Shown here in pieces: positions 16,236-24,990 of a DNA stretch of 24,990 nucleotides (positions are counted from its first letter, which is position 1; every line of letters starts with the position of its first letter). Source of the DNA: Methanomicrobiales archaeon (GTDB lineage Archaea; Halobacteriota; Methanomicrobia; Methanomicrobiales; Methanospirillaceae); NCBI GenBank assembly GCA_037137755.1, contig JBAXJR010000033.1:1-24990 (forward strand), given 5' to 3'. A program made the translations under genes and the position numbers. The notes beneath the pieces were generated by a model. That model worked only from the letters and a program-made list of their open reading frames with translations, was not told the DNA's origin and did no database searches.

Positions 16236-17030
16236 CTAGGATTGCCGCTGGATTTTTTTCTCGTTGTGCGATTTTTCATGGATCCGGACGAATACCCCGA
16301 TCACGTTATCATTGTTATCGGTAATTGGCTGGGCCTTAAGCGCAACCTCCCTCCTTTTTCCCTTCATTGATAGTATCGCGAGATAGTTCTCGATACCAAT
16401 CACCATACTCTCGCGGATGATATCCCTTACAGGGTCATCAATTAGTTCCCCGGACCTCGTATCGATAAGCGTGAGAAGCTGATTTAATGAAACCATTGTG
16501 GCCTGTGTCCGCTTTACCTCTATCAACCTCTCTGCATATGGGTTCATGAGGAGGATCCGCCCTTTTATATCGGTAATAATGACTGCATCAAGCATTGACA
16601 TGATATTTTGGGAGACCCGGCCTTCAAACCCCATGAACCGCAGCATTATTTCATGGTTGGCGATGGCAATCTCGCTATTTGTAATGATAGTAGTGGTGTT
16701 GAAAGGGATCGTGACAAATCCATAGGGTCCTGTGGACAGGGCCCGGTTGATAATCTCTTCATCTCTTTTTTCTGAAATAAAAATGACAGGGGTATTAAAA
16801 ACATGGTTCATGTAATATGCCGCATTAATGGCATCTATTTTTCCAGGAAGCCAGGCATTCATGAGGACGAGATCGGGGTTGTGTTCGGCAACTAACACAA
16901 GCGCTTCCTCACCGGTCGATACCTTGCCGGTAATGATATAATCCTTACTGGATAACATCCCCTCAAGAAGGTGCGCGATTATTTCATCATTTTCGACTAT
17001 CAGCACTTCTTTCATCAGATTCATAGTCAT
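16236..17030 (-). CDS. Receiver-like + PAS domain protein (atypical receiver)
   Basis: VLIVEND...PDLVLMN...PVIFIS; PAS motif DAVIITDIKGRILLMNPYAERL. Confidence 0.85.
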   Translation of the reverse strand: MTMNLMKEVLIVENDEIIAHLLEGMLSSKDYIITGKVSTGEEALVLVAEHNPDLVLMNAWLPGKIDAINAAYYMNHVFNTPVIFISEKRDEEIINRALSTGPYGFVTIPFNTTTIITNSEIAIANHEIMLRFMGFEGRVSQNIMSMLDAVIITDIKGRILLMNPYAERLIEVKRTQATMVSLNQLLTLIDTRSGELIDDPVRDIIRESMVIGIENYLAILSMKGKRREVALKAQPITDNNDNVIGVFVRIHEKSHNEKKIQRQS

Positions 17031-17052
17031 TCCTAATCAGATCATATACCGT

Positions 17053-17523
17053 TCAGGCAGTTTTTACACCGGTCAGGTGCCCATGCTCGTCGATTTCACC
17101 CCGGTATATCCGTGTACTGGAGATCCAGCGCCGGTCTTCCGCGAGCACACAGGTAATCTGGTGAATATCGACCTTATGCAGTCCTGCTTCATGACGGAGA
17201 CGGTTGATCTCAGTTGCGGCCGCAAGGGTCTCCTCCGAGACGACGATTGCATCAAAATCCTCATCGAGCGCTGAACCATAACGATCGGATAAGGGTTCGA
17301 TGTACCAGTCTGTTGTATATCCCTGGGTTTTAATGAATGTTTTCAGATTTTTTTCCCTTTCTTTATAAGGCCGTACCGGGTGGCTTTTAGCTCTCGCGAA
17401 TGAATCAGTGGTCAGGCCGAGTATTACGACGCCATGGGAGGTTGCAAGGTCAAATGAACGGGCCAGGAGTTGTTTATGCCCATCATGCAGCGGATCAAAT
17501 GTACCACCTACCATAACCTTCAT
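17053..17523 (-). CDS. coaD: Phosphopantetheine adenylyltransferase, archaeal type
   Basis: VGGTFDPLHDGH, IVVSEET, IN..R...GL, ISSTRI..GEID..G. Confidence 0.93.
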   Translation of the reverse strand: MKVMVGGTFDPLHDGHKQLLARSFDLATSHGVVILGLTTDSFARAKSHPVRPYKEREKNLKTFIKTQGYTTDWYIEPLSDRYGSALDEDFDAIVVSEETLAAATEINRLRHEAGLHKVDIHQITCVLAEDRRWISSTRIYRGEIDEHGHLTGVKTA

Positions 17524-17559
17524 TCGCTTGAATCGTTAAACTGCTATAGTATTATGATT

Positions 17560-18045
17560 ATGGATAAACGCACCGGTCCTTTCGGTTTTATTGCACCAAA
17601 TGCCACGGTCCTTGGTTCTGTGACAATCAAAGAAAATGTAAGCATCTGGTTTGGTGCCGTGATCAGGGCGGACAAAGATGATATTTACATAGGAGAATCT
17701 TCAAACGTCCAGGATAATGCAGTTATTCATACAAGTAAGGGGTTTCCGACCTATATCGGTAACCAGGTCTCGATTGGTCATGGTGCGATACTGCACGGTT
17801 GTCGGATACATGACCGCGTGCTTGTCGGTATGGGGACCGTCGTTCTCAACGGTGCCGTTGTCGGGGAAGATACAATCCTGGGTGCAGGTACGGTAGTAAC
17901 AGAAGGAGCTGATATCCCCCCGGGATCTCTCGTGCTTGGGGTGCCGGGGAAAGTAATCAGGCCAACCACCCCCGAACAAAAAAAGAGCATTGTGCACAAT
18001 GCGGAAAGTTACGTCGAACTTGCACAGAGGTACAGGAATGCATGA
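17560..18045 (+). CDS. Gamma carbonic anhydrase-like hexapeptide repeat protein
   Basis: IWFGAVIRAD, SNVQDNAVIH, IGHGAILHGC, LVLGVPGK; start at 17554 or 17560. Confidence 0.9.
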   Translation: MDKRTGPFGFIAPNATVLGSVTIKENVSIWFGAVIRADKDDIYIGESSNVQDNAVIHTSKGFPTYIGNQVSIGHGAILHGCRIHDRVLVGMGTVVLNGAVVGEDTILGAGTVVTEGADIPPGSLVLGVPGKVIRPTTPEQKKSIVHNAESYVELAQRYRNA

Positions 18046-19309
18046 AGTGATTGTCATCGGGGGAGGAGTGACAGGGATCCAGGCTTCCCTCGACCTTGCC
18101 AATCATGGTATTATCGTACATCTCGTAGAATGTCAACCATCGATCGGAGGTCACATGTCCCAGTTAGACAAGACCTTTCCTACGAACGACTGCTCGATGT
18201 GTATACTCTCACCAAAAATGGTAGACGTAATCAGGCACCCGAATATCAGGGTCTACACGCTTTCAGAAGTTGACCGAGTTGATGGGGAAAAAGGGAATTT
18301 CAGGGTAATAATCAGGAAAAACCCCCGTTTTATACATGAAGACCTTTGCAATGGGTGTGGTGACTGCATACAAATCTGCCCTGTAGAAGTCTATAACGAG
18401 TTTGATGCAGGGATGGGAACACGAAGGGCGATCTATAAACCAAATCCGCAGTCAGTCCCTGATATCGTCGTGAAAGACCCGGTTCATTGTGTGGAATGCG
18501 GCCTCTGCTATGATGCATGCCTGCTTGATGCCGTAAAGCAAAAGGATGACCCGGTCTTCATCGAGGTCCATGCCGGGAGTATTATTGTCGCGACAGGGTA
18601 TTCGGTCTTTGACCCGGGCTTAAAAAAACAACTCCGTTATCTGGAATTTCCGGACGTCATCACAACCCTGGAACTCGAGCGGATGATGAATGCCAGCGGT
18701 CCGACTGGGGGTCATATCAGGCGCCTCTCTAATGGACAAAAACCGGACCGCGTGGTGTTCATCCAATGTGTCGGATCAAGGGATATATCAATTAACCGGG
18801 CCTGGTGTTCCTGTGTCTGCTGCATGGCATCAATAAAGAATGCAATCCTTATCAAGGAAAAATCACCGGATACCGATGTGACGATCTGCTACATGGATAT
18901 CAGGGCATATGGCAAAGGTTACGAGGAATTTCGTGAAAGGGCAGAGGAGGCAGGAATAACATTCCTTCGCGGCATGCCGGGCGGAATTAGTGGTGATAAA
19001 GGAGCAATGTCCCTTATTGTCGAGGACAGCGAGACAGGAGAATTAAAAGACTTAAAACCGGACCTGGTCATCCTCGCCGTAGGTATCAGCCCATCTTCTC
19101 AGGGTGCTGAAATCGCAGGAAAATTGGGTATATCTCTTGATTCGTCGGGTTTCTTTAAGTCTCTTGATGATAAAATGGGGATCGTAGAGACCAACAGACC
19201 TGGCATCTATATCGCCGGGGCGGCTGTTGCCCCGAAAGATATTCCAGACTGTGTGGCCGTCGCGGGAGCCGCAGCAATGCGTTCGTTCATTGGGTCAACG
19301 CAGGACTAA
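18038..19309 (+). CDS. hdrA: Short HdrA-family flavoprotein (heterodisulfide reductase subunit A-like)
   Basis: VIGGGVTG, LDKTFPTNDCSMCI, two CxxCxxCxxxC motifs, QCVGSRD...CSCVCC, YMDIRAYGKGYEEF, PKDIPD. Confidence 0.9.
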   Translation: MHEVIVIGGGVTGIQASLDLANHGIIVHLVECQPSIGGHMSQLDKTFPTNDCSMCILSPKMVDVIRHPNIRVYTLSEVDRVDGEKGNFRVIIRKNPRFIHEDLCNGCGDCIQICPVEVYNEFDAGMGTRRAIYKPNPQSVPDIVVKDPVHCVECGLCYDACLLDAVKQKDDPVFIEVHAGSIIVATGYSVFDPGLKKQLRYLEFPDVITTLELERMMNASGPTGGHIRRLSNGQKPDRVVFIQCVGSRDISINRAWCSCVCCMASIKNAILIKEKSPDTDVTICYMDIRAYGKGYEEFRERAEEAGITFLRGMPGGISGDKGAMSLIVEDSETGELKDLKPDLVILAVGISPSSQGAEIAGKLGISLDSSGFFKSLDDKMGIVETNRPGIYIAGAAVAPKDIPDCVAVAGAAAMRSFIGSTQD

Positions 19310-19315
19310 CAGACA

Positions 19316-20368
19316 ATGGAGCAAATTAAAACCCTGTGGTACGAAGAGGATACCGATAGTATCGCCTTTATTGATGAGACGTTACTTCCGGTATCATTTG
19401 AGATCGCCAGGTGCACAACCATTGCAGAACTTGGGACTGCAATAAAAACCCTTGCAATACGCGGAGCACCGGCATTGGGTGTAGCGGGGGCACTAGGGGT
19501 CGCATTAGCCGCGAGGAGATCGAAAGAGACCAGGTATGAACAATTTTGTGACCAGGTACAGGCGGATGCCGAATGTCTCTCAGCGACGCGACCGACCGCT
19601 GTGAATCTCTCCTGGGGCGTACAGCGGGTACTCAGTTGCATGAGGGATGCAGGATCAATCCATCATGCGAAAGAGGTCGCACTCTTCGGAGCGCTCACGG
19701 TAGCCCGGGAAGATGCGATAATCTGCCGCAAAATTGGACAACACGGTGCGGCATTGTTACCGGACCAATGTACCGTGCTCACACATTGCAATGCGGGTGC
19801 GCTTGCATGCAGCGAATGGGGTACAGCGCTGGGGGTTATCCGGTCGGCAGTTGAAGCTGGCAAGGAGGTCAGGGTAATTGCCTGTGAGACCAGGCCTCTC
19901 CTGCAGGGTGCACGTCTTACTGCGTGGGAATTGTTCCGTGATCATATTGATGTTACGGTGATTACCGACTCCATGGCAGCCATGCTAATGCGAAAAGGTG
20001 AAATCGGGAGTGTAATTGTCGGTGCTGACCGGATCACCAGGGATGCGGTTTTTAATAAAATCGGGACTTATATGCATGCAGTGTGCGCAAAATACCATAC
20101 AATTCCTTTCTATGTTGCAGCACCTGTATCCACATTTGACTTCAGAGGAATGGAACAGGATATAATCGTTGAAGAACGTGGACGGGAAGAAGTAGCATCG
20201 TTTTTTGGCCGGAAAACAATTCCAGATGGAGTACCGGTGAGGAACCCGGGATTTGACGCGACACCACTGGGTCTGGTAACCGCGGTTATCACTGAAAGGG
20301 GTATCATAACCGCACCATATGAAATGCGGGAGATCATGGAAACGGCAGAATACACATCGCCGGGGTGA
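19316..20368 (+). CDS. mtnA: Methylthioribose-1-phosphate isomerase
   Basis: IRGAPALG, TRPTAVNL, LTHCNAGALA, ETRPLLQGARLTAWEL, VGADRI, NKIGTY, NPGFD. Confidence 0.95.
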   Translation: MEQIKTLWYEEDTDSIAFIDETLLPVSFEIARCTTIAELGTAIKTLAIRGAPALGVAGALGVALAARRSKETRYEQFCDQVQADAECLSATRPTAVNLSWGVQRVLSCMRDAGSIHHAKEVALFGALTVAREDAIICRKIGQHGAALLPDQCTVLTHCNAGALACSEWGTALGVIRSAVEAGKEVRVIACETRPLLQGARLTAWELFRDHIDVTVITDSMAAMLMRKGEIGSVIVGADRITRDAVFNKIGTYMHAVCAKYHTIPFYVAAPVSTFDFRGMEQDIIVEERGREEVASFFGRKTIPDGVPVRNPGFDATPLGLVTAVITERGIITAPYEMREIMETAEYTSPG

Positions 20369-21114
20369 TCAGATTTCAAACATTTAACACTGAAACAATT
20401 GATTATTCGCTCCTGTCAAGCGTGATATTTGTTATCGGAGAAATTACAGTTATTGTCCTCATCGGGCTGTTTTTTCTTGCGCTTTTTCTTGTGGCCCTCA
20501 CATTTTATTCAATACGGAAAGGCAAACTATTTTTCCCGGGGTTCTTAAAAGCAGGGCTGGTACTGGTCGAAGGGCTCTCCAAGGCATTGTTCAGCCTCTT
20601 CGGTCTTGAAGACAAGGAAATGATGACATTTTTCATCAGGGTCCACAACACGATGAGCAGGAAAGCATTTGAGGCAATCCCGGTCGGGGAACGGGCAATA
20701 TTTTTCCCACAATGCCTGAGGTCTGCAAAATGTCCTGCAAATCTCACACCCGAGGGACTGAAATGCATCAACTGCGGGCAATGTACTGTTACCGATGCGA
20801 TCAGGCTGCTTGAATTACTCGGCTACAGGCTCTTTATTGTCCCGGGGTCATCCTTTATCAAGCGCATGGTAAAGAAGTATCGCCCAAGGGCGATCATCGG
20901 CGTTGGATGCCTCTCTGAGGTGAAGGAAGGCCTTGATATGTCAGACAAACTTGGCCTTGTTGCACTCGGGGTGGTAACTGAGCGGGAAGGATGTGTTGAA
21001 ACGTCGGTGAACTGGGATGATGTATTCGGCGTGGCACTGATGGGTATTGACCCGGCATCAGTACCTGACGAGGTGAAGGTATCCCCCTGGTTCCATACCC
21101 TCGAACATTTCTGA
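20365..21114 (+). CDS. DUF116-family membrane-anchored Cys-rich protein
   Basis: PQCLR...CP, CINCGQC, IVPGSS, IIGVGC..E, GC.ET. Confidence 0.85.
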   Translation: MIRFQTFNTETIDYSLLSSVIFVIGEITVIVLIGLFFLALFLVALTFYSIRKGKLFFPGFLKAGLVLVEGLSKALFSLFGLEDKEMMTFFIRVHNTMSRKAFEAIPVGERAIFFPQCLRSAKCPANLTPEGLKCINCGQCTVTDAIRLLELLGYRLFIVPGSSFIKRMVKKYRPRAIIGVGCLSEVKEGLDMSDKLGLVALGVVTEREGCVETSVNWDDVFGVALMGIDPASVPDEVKVSPWFHTLEHF

Positions 21115-21347
21115 TTTTTTATTCCAGCCCAGTGTTTTTTCTGATAGGTAATATTGGCCCCTGAAACCACCGATAATCCTTTTATCCTGCAAAAGATGCA
21201 GGAATAGGAATCGAATTTTTAAGTTATATCCAACCCATTAACATGAGGCAGGGTTCTTGAAACAAAAATATGGGGACGGTCCCCTGCCCCATTCCAGGGG
21301 CCACATACTTCATCTCAATTCTACAACCAGATCCTGATTCAAATCAC

Positions 21348-22190
21348 TCATGCGAGAAAAAGTTCCGCCAGGGTAAACACGATCAGCGAGGTAAACATTC
21401 CATATTTCAGGTAATTCGTTGCATGACTCTTTTTTATACATTCCGGACTTCTGCAACCGATTGCCAGCCATGCGCTGTAAAGGATGAGGATGTCCACAGG
21501 AATGATACCTGCAAGATACCAGGAACCCCACCGGTAATAGGGGGAAAAACTTACCACTACTGCGATTATGGTAAAAATAATGGAGATTACTACGGTTGGG
21601 CGGACTCCATACTTAACAGGAACTGTTTTTGCACCCGCGGCGATGTCTCCCGGCACATCTTCAGCATCCTTCAGGAGCTCCCTTGCAACCATTGCAAAGA
21701 TGGTAATCAACGCGATAACCAGGTTGTTAACCAGGCCGGATATACCTGCAAATGCCCCTCCAAAAAGAAAAATACTCCCGGAAAGGTAAGCAACCGAGAT
21801 GTTTCCCACAAGCGGGGTACTTTTTAGAGTTTTTGCATAAGCGATAAGTAAGAGTGAATTAAAGAATGCAAAAAAGGCACAGTACGGATTTGTGAACAGA
21901 CTGACCAGGATACCAATGGTGAACAAGGTACCGGCAAAAATAATGGCCCCGCGGGGGGTAACTGTCCCGGAGGGAAGAGGCCTTTCAGGCCTGTTAACCC
22001 TGTCGATAGAAAGGTCAAAATAGTCGTTAATAGTGTTTCCTGCACCGGTAATCAGTACCACAATCACAATAAGAAGGATTACTCCGGGGATGATCGTGCC
22101 GGTTGCAAGCAGATAGGCAAGCGCTGCGGCAAGGCCAGCTACGATAGAATTTACCGGCCTGATAATCCGCCAGTAACCCATGATTGTCAT
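21348..22190 (-). CDS. Digeranylgeranylglyceryl phosphate synthase (UbiA family)
   Basis: RPVNS, NDYFDLSIDRVNRPERPLPSG, RELLKDAEDVPGD. Confidence 0.93.
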   Translation of the reverse strand: MTIMGYWRIIRPVNSIVAGLAAALAYLLATGTIIPGVILLIVIVVLITGAGNTINDYFDLSIDRVNRPERPLPSGTVTPRGAIIFAGTLFTIGILVSLFTNPYCAFFAFFNSLLLIAYAKTLKSTPLVGNISVAYLSGSIFLFGGAFAGISGLVNNLVIALITIFAMVARELLKDAEDVPGDIAAGAKTVPVKYGVRPTVVISIIFTIIAVVVSFSPYYRWGSWYLAGIIPVDILILYSAWLAIGCRSPECIKKSHATNYLKYGMFTSLIVFTLAELFLA

Positions 22191-22246
22191 GATGAAGATC
22201 TTCTCCGGACTGCGTATTGAGGGGGTGAAGGATTTTTTATGAAAAA

Positions 22247-22321
22247 CGGGCGTGGGGGGATTTGAACCCCCGGCATTCAGCTTAGGAGGCTGACGCTATG
22301 TCCGGGCTAAGCCACACGCCC
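22247..22321 (-). tRNA. tRNA-Arg(CCT)
   Basis: Minus strand GGGCGTG...TCAGC-CTCCTAA-GCTGA...GGGGG-TTCAAAT-CCCCC-CACGCCC-G. Confidence 0.96.
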
Positions 22322-22383
22322 TCGCCTATATGAATTGACAAGGGATAGGTATAAGGTTAACGAAACTCATGATATTAGGGATT

Positions 22384-23505
22384 ATGGAATTAATAGAGGC
22401 CGTAGAGGGGAGTACACGTTTTTTCATCCCCGGGCAGGACGAAGATTCCGCCTTCCCACCCGGCACTGCCCCGATTTTTTATAACAGGCGCATGGAGTTA
22501 AACCGCGATGCAACGGTACTCCTGCTCCAGGTAATCCACCCTGAGGATTATATCGATACCATGGGTGCAACCGGTGTAAGGGGCCTCAGGATTGCGCAGG
22601 AATGTGGAATTAAAGTAGTTATAAACGACCGCGACACCCAGGCTGTTGATTTGATCCAGAGAAATATTACCCATTCAGGGCTTGACAACATCACGGTAAC
22701 GAAAAACGATGTGAATGTCCTCCTCTCAGGGCAGAGGTTCGATGCAGTCGACCTGGACCCCTTTGGTACTCCGGCACCGTTTATCGATTCCGCGATACGG
22801 AGTGCACGCCGTTTCCTCATGGTTACGGCAACTGATACCGCACCACTTTGTGGTGCCCATAAAAAGGCAGGTATGAGAAGGTATTTTTCCCAGCCATTGA
22901 ATAATGAGTACCATAGCGAGACCGGTCTCCGGACACTCCTTGGATTCGTAGTTCGTGAGGCGCTGAAATATGATATAGGGCTGGTCCCGCAGTTCTGCTT
23001 TGCCCATGAGCATTTTGTCCGCCTGCACCTCCTGATCAGGAGAGGTGCACCCGCAGCTGAACGGACACTTTCATCTATCGGTTACATCATGCAGTGCCCG
23101 AAATGCCCGTCCCGCGTTGAACAACACGGAATGCTGCCAAAGCACGCGGTGTGTGAATATTGTGACGTCCCACTTATTCCAGTCGGCCCGCTGTGGCTGG
23201 GGGGGATCCAGTCAGAAACAGTCGTTGATAGTATGGTTGAAAAGGTACCGCTGATCCCGCTCGGAACTTCACGGGAACTGGCAGCTCTTCTCGTACTCTG
23301 CAGGAATGAACTTCCAACGGCAGGTTTTTACGACTACCACCAGCTTGCGAAACGGGAGCGACGCTCACCACCACCCATAGAGGAACTGCTTGGCAGGATC
23401 CATGCCATGGGATTTCCTGCAACCCGTTGCCATTACCTTGGTACCGGGGTAAAAACAACCGCCCCCCTTCACCTGCTTCTTGAAGCGGTAAAAGGGGATT
23501 GTTAA
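22384..23505 (+). CDS. trm1: tRNA (guanine-26-N2)-dimethyltransferase
   Basis: FYNRRMELNRD, ATGVRGLR, DLDPFGTPAPF, VTATDTAPLCG, ETGLRTL, GPLWLG. Confidence 0.95.
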   Translation: MELIEAVEGSTRFFIPGQDEDSAFPPGTAPIFYNRRMELNRDATVLLLQVIHPEDYIDTMGATGVRGLRIAQECGIKVVINDRDTQAVDLIQRNITHSGLDNITVTKNDVNVLLSGQRFDAVDLDPFGTPAPFIDSAIRSARRFLMVTATDTAPLCGAHKKAGMRRYFSQPLNNEYHSETGLRTLLGFVVREALKYDIGLVPQFCFAHEHFVRLHLLIRRGAPAAERTLSSIGYIMQCPKCPSRVEQHGMLPKHAVCEYCDVPLIPVGPLWLGGIQSETVVDSMVEKVPLIPLGTSRELAALLVLCRNELPTAGFYDYHQLAKRERRSPPPIEELLGRIHAMGFPATRCHYLGTGVKTTAPLHLLLEAVKGDC

Positions 23506-23597
23506 AAGATAGTTGCAGGCCCTGATTATTTCCCTGCCAGATCAACATTTTGAAAAAAAATCGTTCCCCGGATTTTTTGCAGGGAACTTTTCCGGAA

Positions 23598-24710
23598 TTA
23601 ATGCTCGATGATGATCGAGAGAATATCTCCATCATGGAGTTTATAGGGAAGACCAATCCGTTGTCCGGGATGTTTCACATGGTCACCCCAGACACGGGCG
23701 TACCTGAAGCGATCAACGAAGTCCCGGTGCAGTTTCCTGCATACTGCTTCAACATTGCTGCCTGACCGTATTATCAGTGGTTCTTCGAGATCCGCCTCTT
23801 CACCCTGGGGACGGAGGTAGAGCCTCATGAACCCGAGTTTCTGGTATATCTCCTCTTTTAACTCTTCCATGTGATAACCGGTATGCGCAGAGATCATCAC
23901 TGGCGGCATCGAGAAACGTTCCGCAAGAGTGTTCTCTATCTCATTTGCCTGTTCGTTATCTATAAGGTCAATTTTATTGACTGCAATAAATGCGGGAACA
24001 TATACACGGCTGCCCATTACCTCATCAATCAGGTCTTCCTGCGTGGCTCCTCCCCTGATGAGAATATCGGCATTCATAATTTTACTCTCGCTCATGATGG
24101 CCCGTATTTCATCAATATTCAGTTCAAGCGTGCCAACCTTGTGGACACGCACACCCCCGTGTGAAGTCTTCTTAATCGTGATATCGGGCCTGGGTTTATT
24201 TATCCGGATACCTGCATCGTAGAGTTCTTTCATGAGCACATCAACATGACCCTGGTTGAATACATCAACAAGGACCACGATCATATCTGCACTTCGGACG
24301 ACACCGATTACTTCCTTTCCACGGCCTTTTCCCATCGCGGCCCCTGCAATAAGACCTGGGATATCAAGTATCTGGATTTTTGCGCCCTTGTATTCCATCG
24401 CCCCAGGGACAACTGTTAACGTGGTAAATTCATAGGCCGCAACTGCGCTCTCCGCGCCGGTAAGCTGGTTAAGCAGGGTACTCTTACCGGTAGAAGGGAA
24501 TCCGACAAGGACCACTGTTGCATCGCCGGATTTTTTAACTGAGTACCCTTCTCCTCCACCCCCTGACTTCATCGCCCGGTTAACAGCATCGTCCCGTAGT
24601 CTCGCTATCTTGGCCTTTATCCGGCCGATATGTTTGGAAGTGGCCTTATTGTAAGGTGTCTTCTGGAGCTCATCCTCCAGCTCCTTGATTTGATCCTCGA
24701 GGCCACTCAT
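23598..24710 (-). CDS. DRG/OBG-family GTPase with TGS domain
   Basis: TPYNKAT, GFPSTGKS, YEFTT, DIPG, NKID, C-terminal TGS (ARVWG...PGQ...L.DGD). Confidence 0.95.
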   Translation of the reverse strand: MSGLEDQIKELEDELQKTPYNKATSKHIGRIKAKIARLRDDAVNRAMKSGGGGEGYSVKKSGDATVVLVGFPSTGKSTLLNQLTGAESAVAAYEFTTLTVVPGAMEYKGAKIQILDIPGLIAGAAMGKGRGKEVIGVVRSADMIVVLVDVFNQGHVDVLMKELYDAGIRINKPRPDITIKKTSHGGVRVHKVGTLELNIDEIRAIMSESKIMNADILIRGGATQEDLIDEVMGSRVYVPAFIAVNKIDLIDNEQANEIENTLAERFSMPPVMISAHTGYHMEELKEEIYQKLGFMRLYLRPQGEEADLEEPLIIRSGSNVEAVCRKLHRDFVDRFRYARVWGDHVKHPGQRIGLPYKLHDGDILSIIIEH

Positions 24711-24889
24711 TCTTGCTATTATTGGCTGGATCATTCACATATAGTTGTGGGTGTAGAAATTACCTGACCATTGTTCTGATCAGGGGTACATTTAACGATG
24801 AATAACCGACTTCGTCGCAGGAAACGACGATTAACAGACATATTTAAGTAACTACACTACCCATGTATTTGAGCAGTTATTCCTACATC

Positions 24890-24964
24890 GCTGCTATAGT
24901 GTAGTCCGGCCAATCATGCGAGCCTCTCACGCTCGCGACTGGGGTTCGAATCCCCATAGCAGCA
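24890..24964 (+). tRNA. tRNA-Glu(CTC)
   Basis: GCTGCTA/TAGCAGC acceptor, CGAGC-CTCTCAC-GCTCG anticodon arm, TGGGG-TTCGAAT-CCCCA T arm; TTTAAGTA box at 24843-24850. Confidence 0.96.
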
Positions 24965-24990
24965 TCACGACAACAAGTTCGATTCCCCAT

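Overview
This is an archaeal, Methanomicrobiales-like window (archaeal tRNAs without encoded CCA, HdrA, DGGGP synthase, Trm1, pyrBI, an MspA-like sheath protein). The left part holds an 8.7-kb element integrated in the 3' end of tRNA-Thr(CGT), bounded by 16-bp att direct repeats at 1347-1362 and 10047-10062 and by 25-bp inverted repeats at its inner ends. It encodes a tyrosine integrase, a serine resolvase and a translationally coupled leftward operon: RHH regulator, two small proteins, wHTH protein and XkdF-like prohead protease, followed by a Zn-finger protein and a TerS-like protein. No capsid, portal, large terminase or tail gene is recognisable, so it looks like a virus satellite (PICI-like) rather than a provirus. 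Its cargo is all cell-surface and sits in two cassettes, each bracketed by its own ~80-bp direct repeat: a sheath-protein-like gene with an abrupt codon-usage switch, and two lipoprotein genes. The right part (10.3-25 kb) is mostly housekeeping: DUF998, a receiver pseudogene, a methyltransferase, a lipoprotein, pyrBI, a pseudo-receiver/PAS protein, coaD, gamma-CA-like/short hdrA/mtnA/DUF116, DGGGPS, tRNA-Arg, trm1, a DRG GTPase and tRNA-Glu. All family assignments come from motif recognition by eye, with no database searches.
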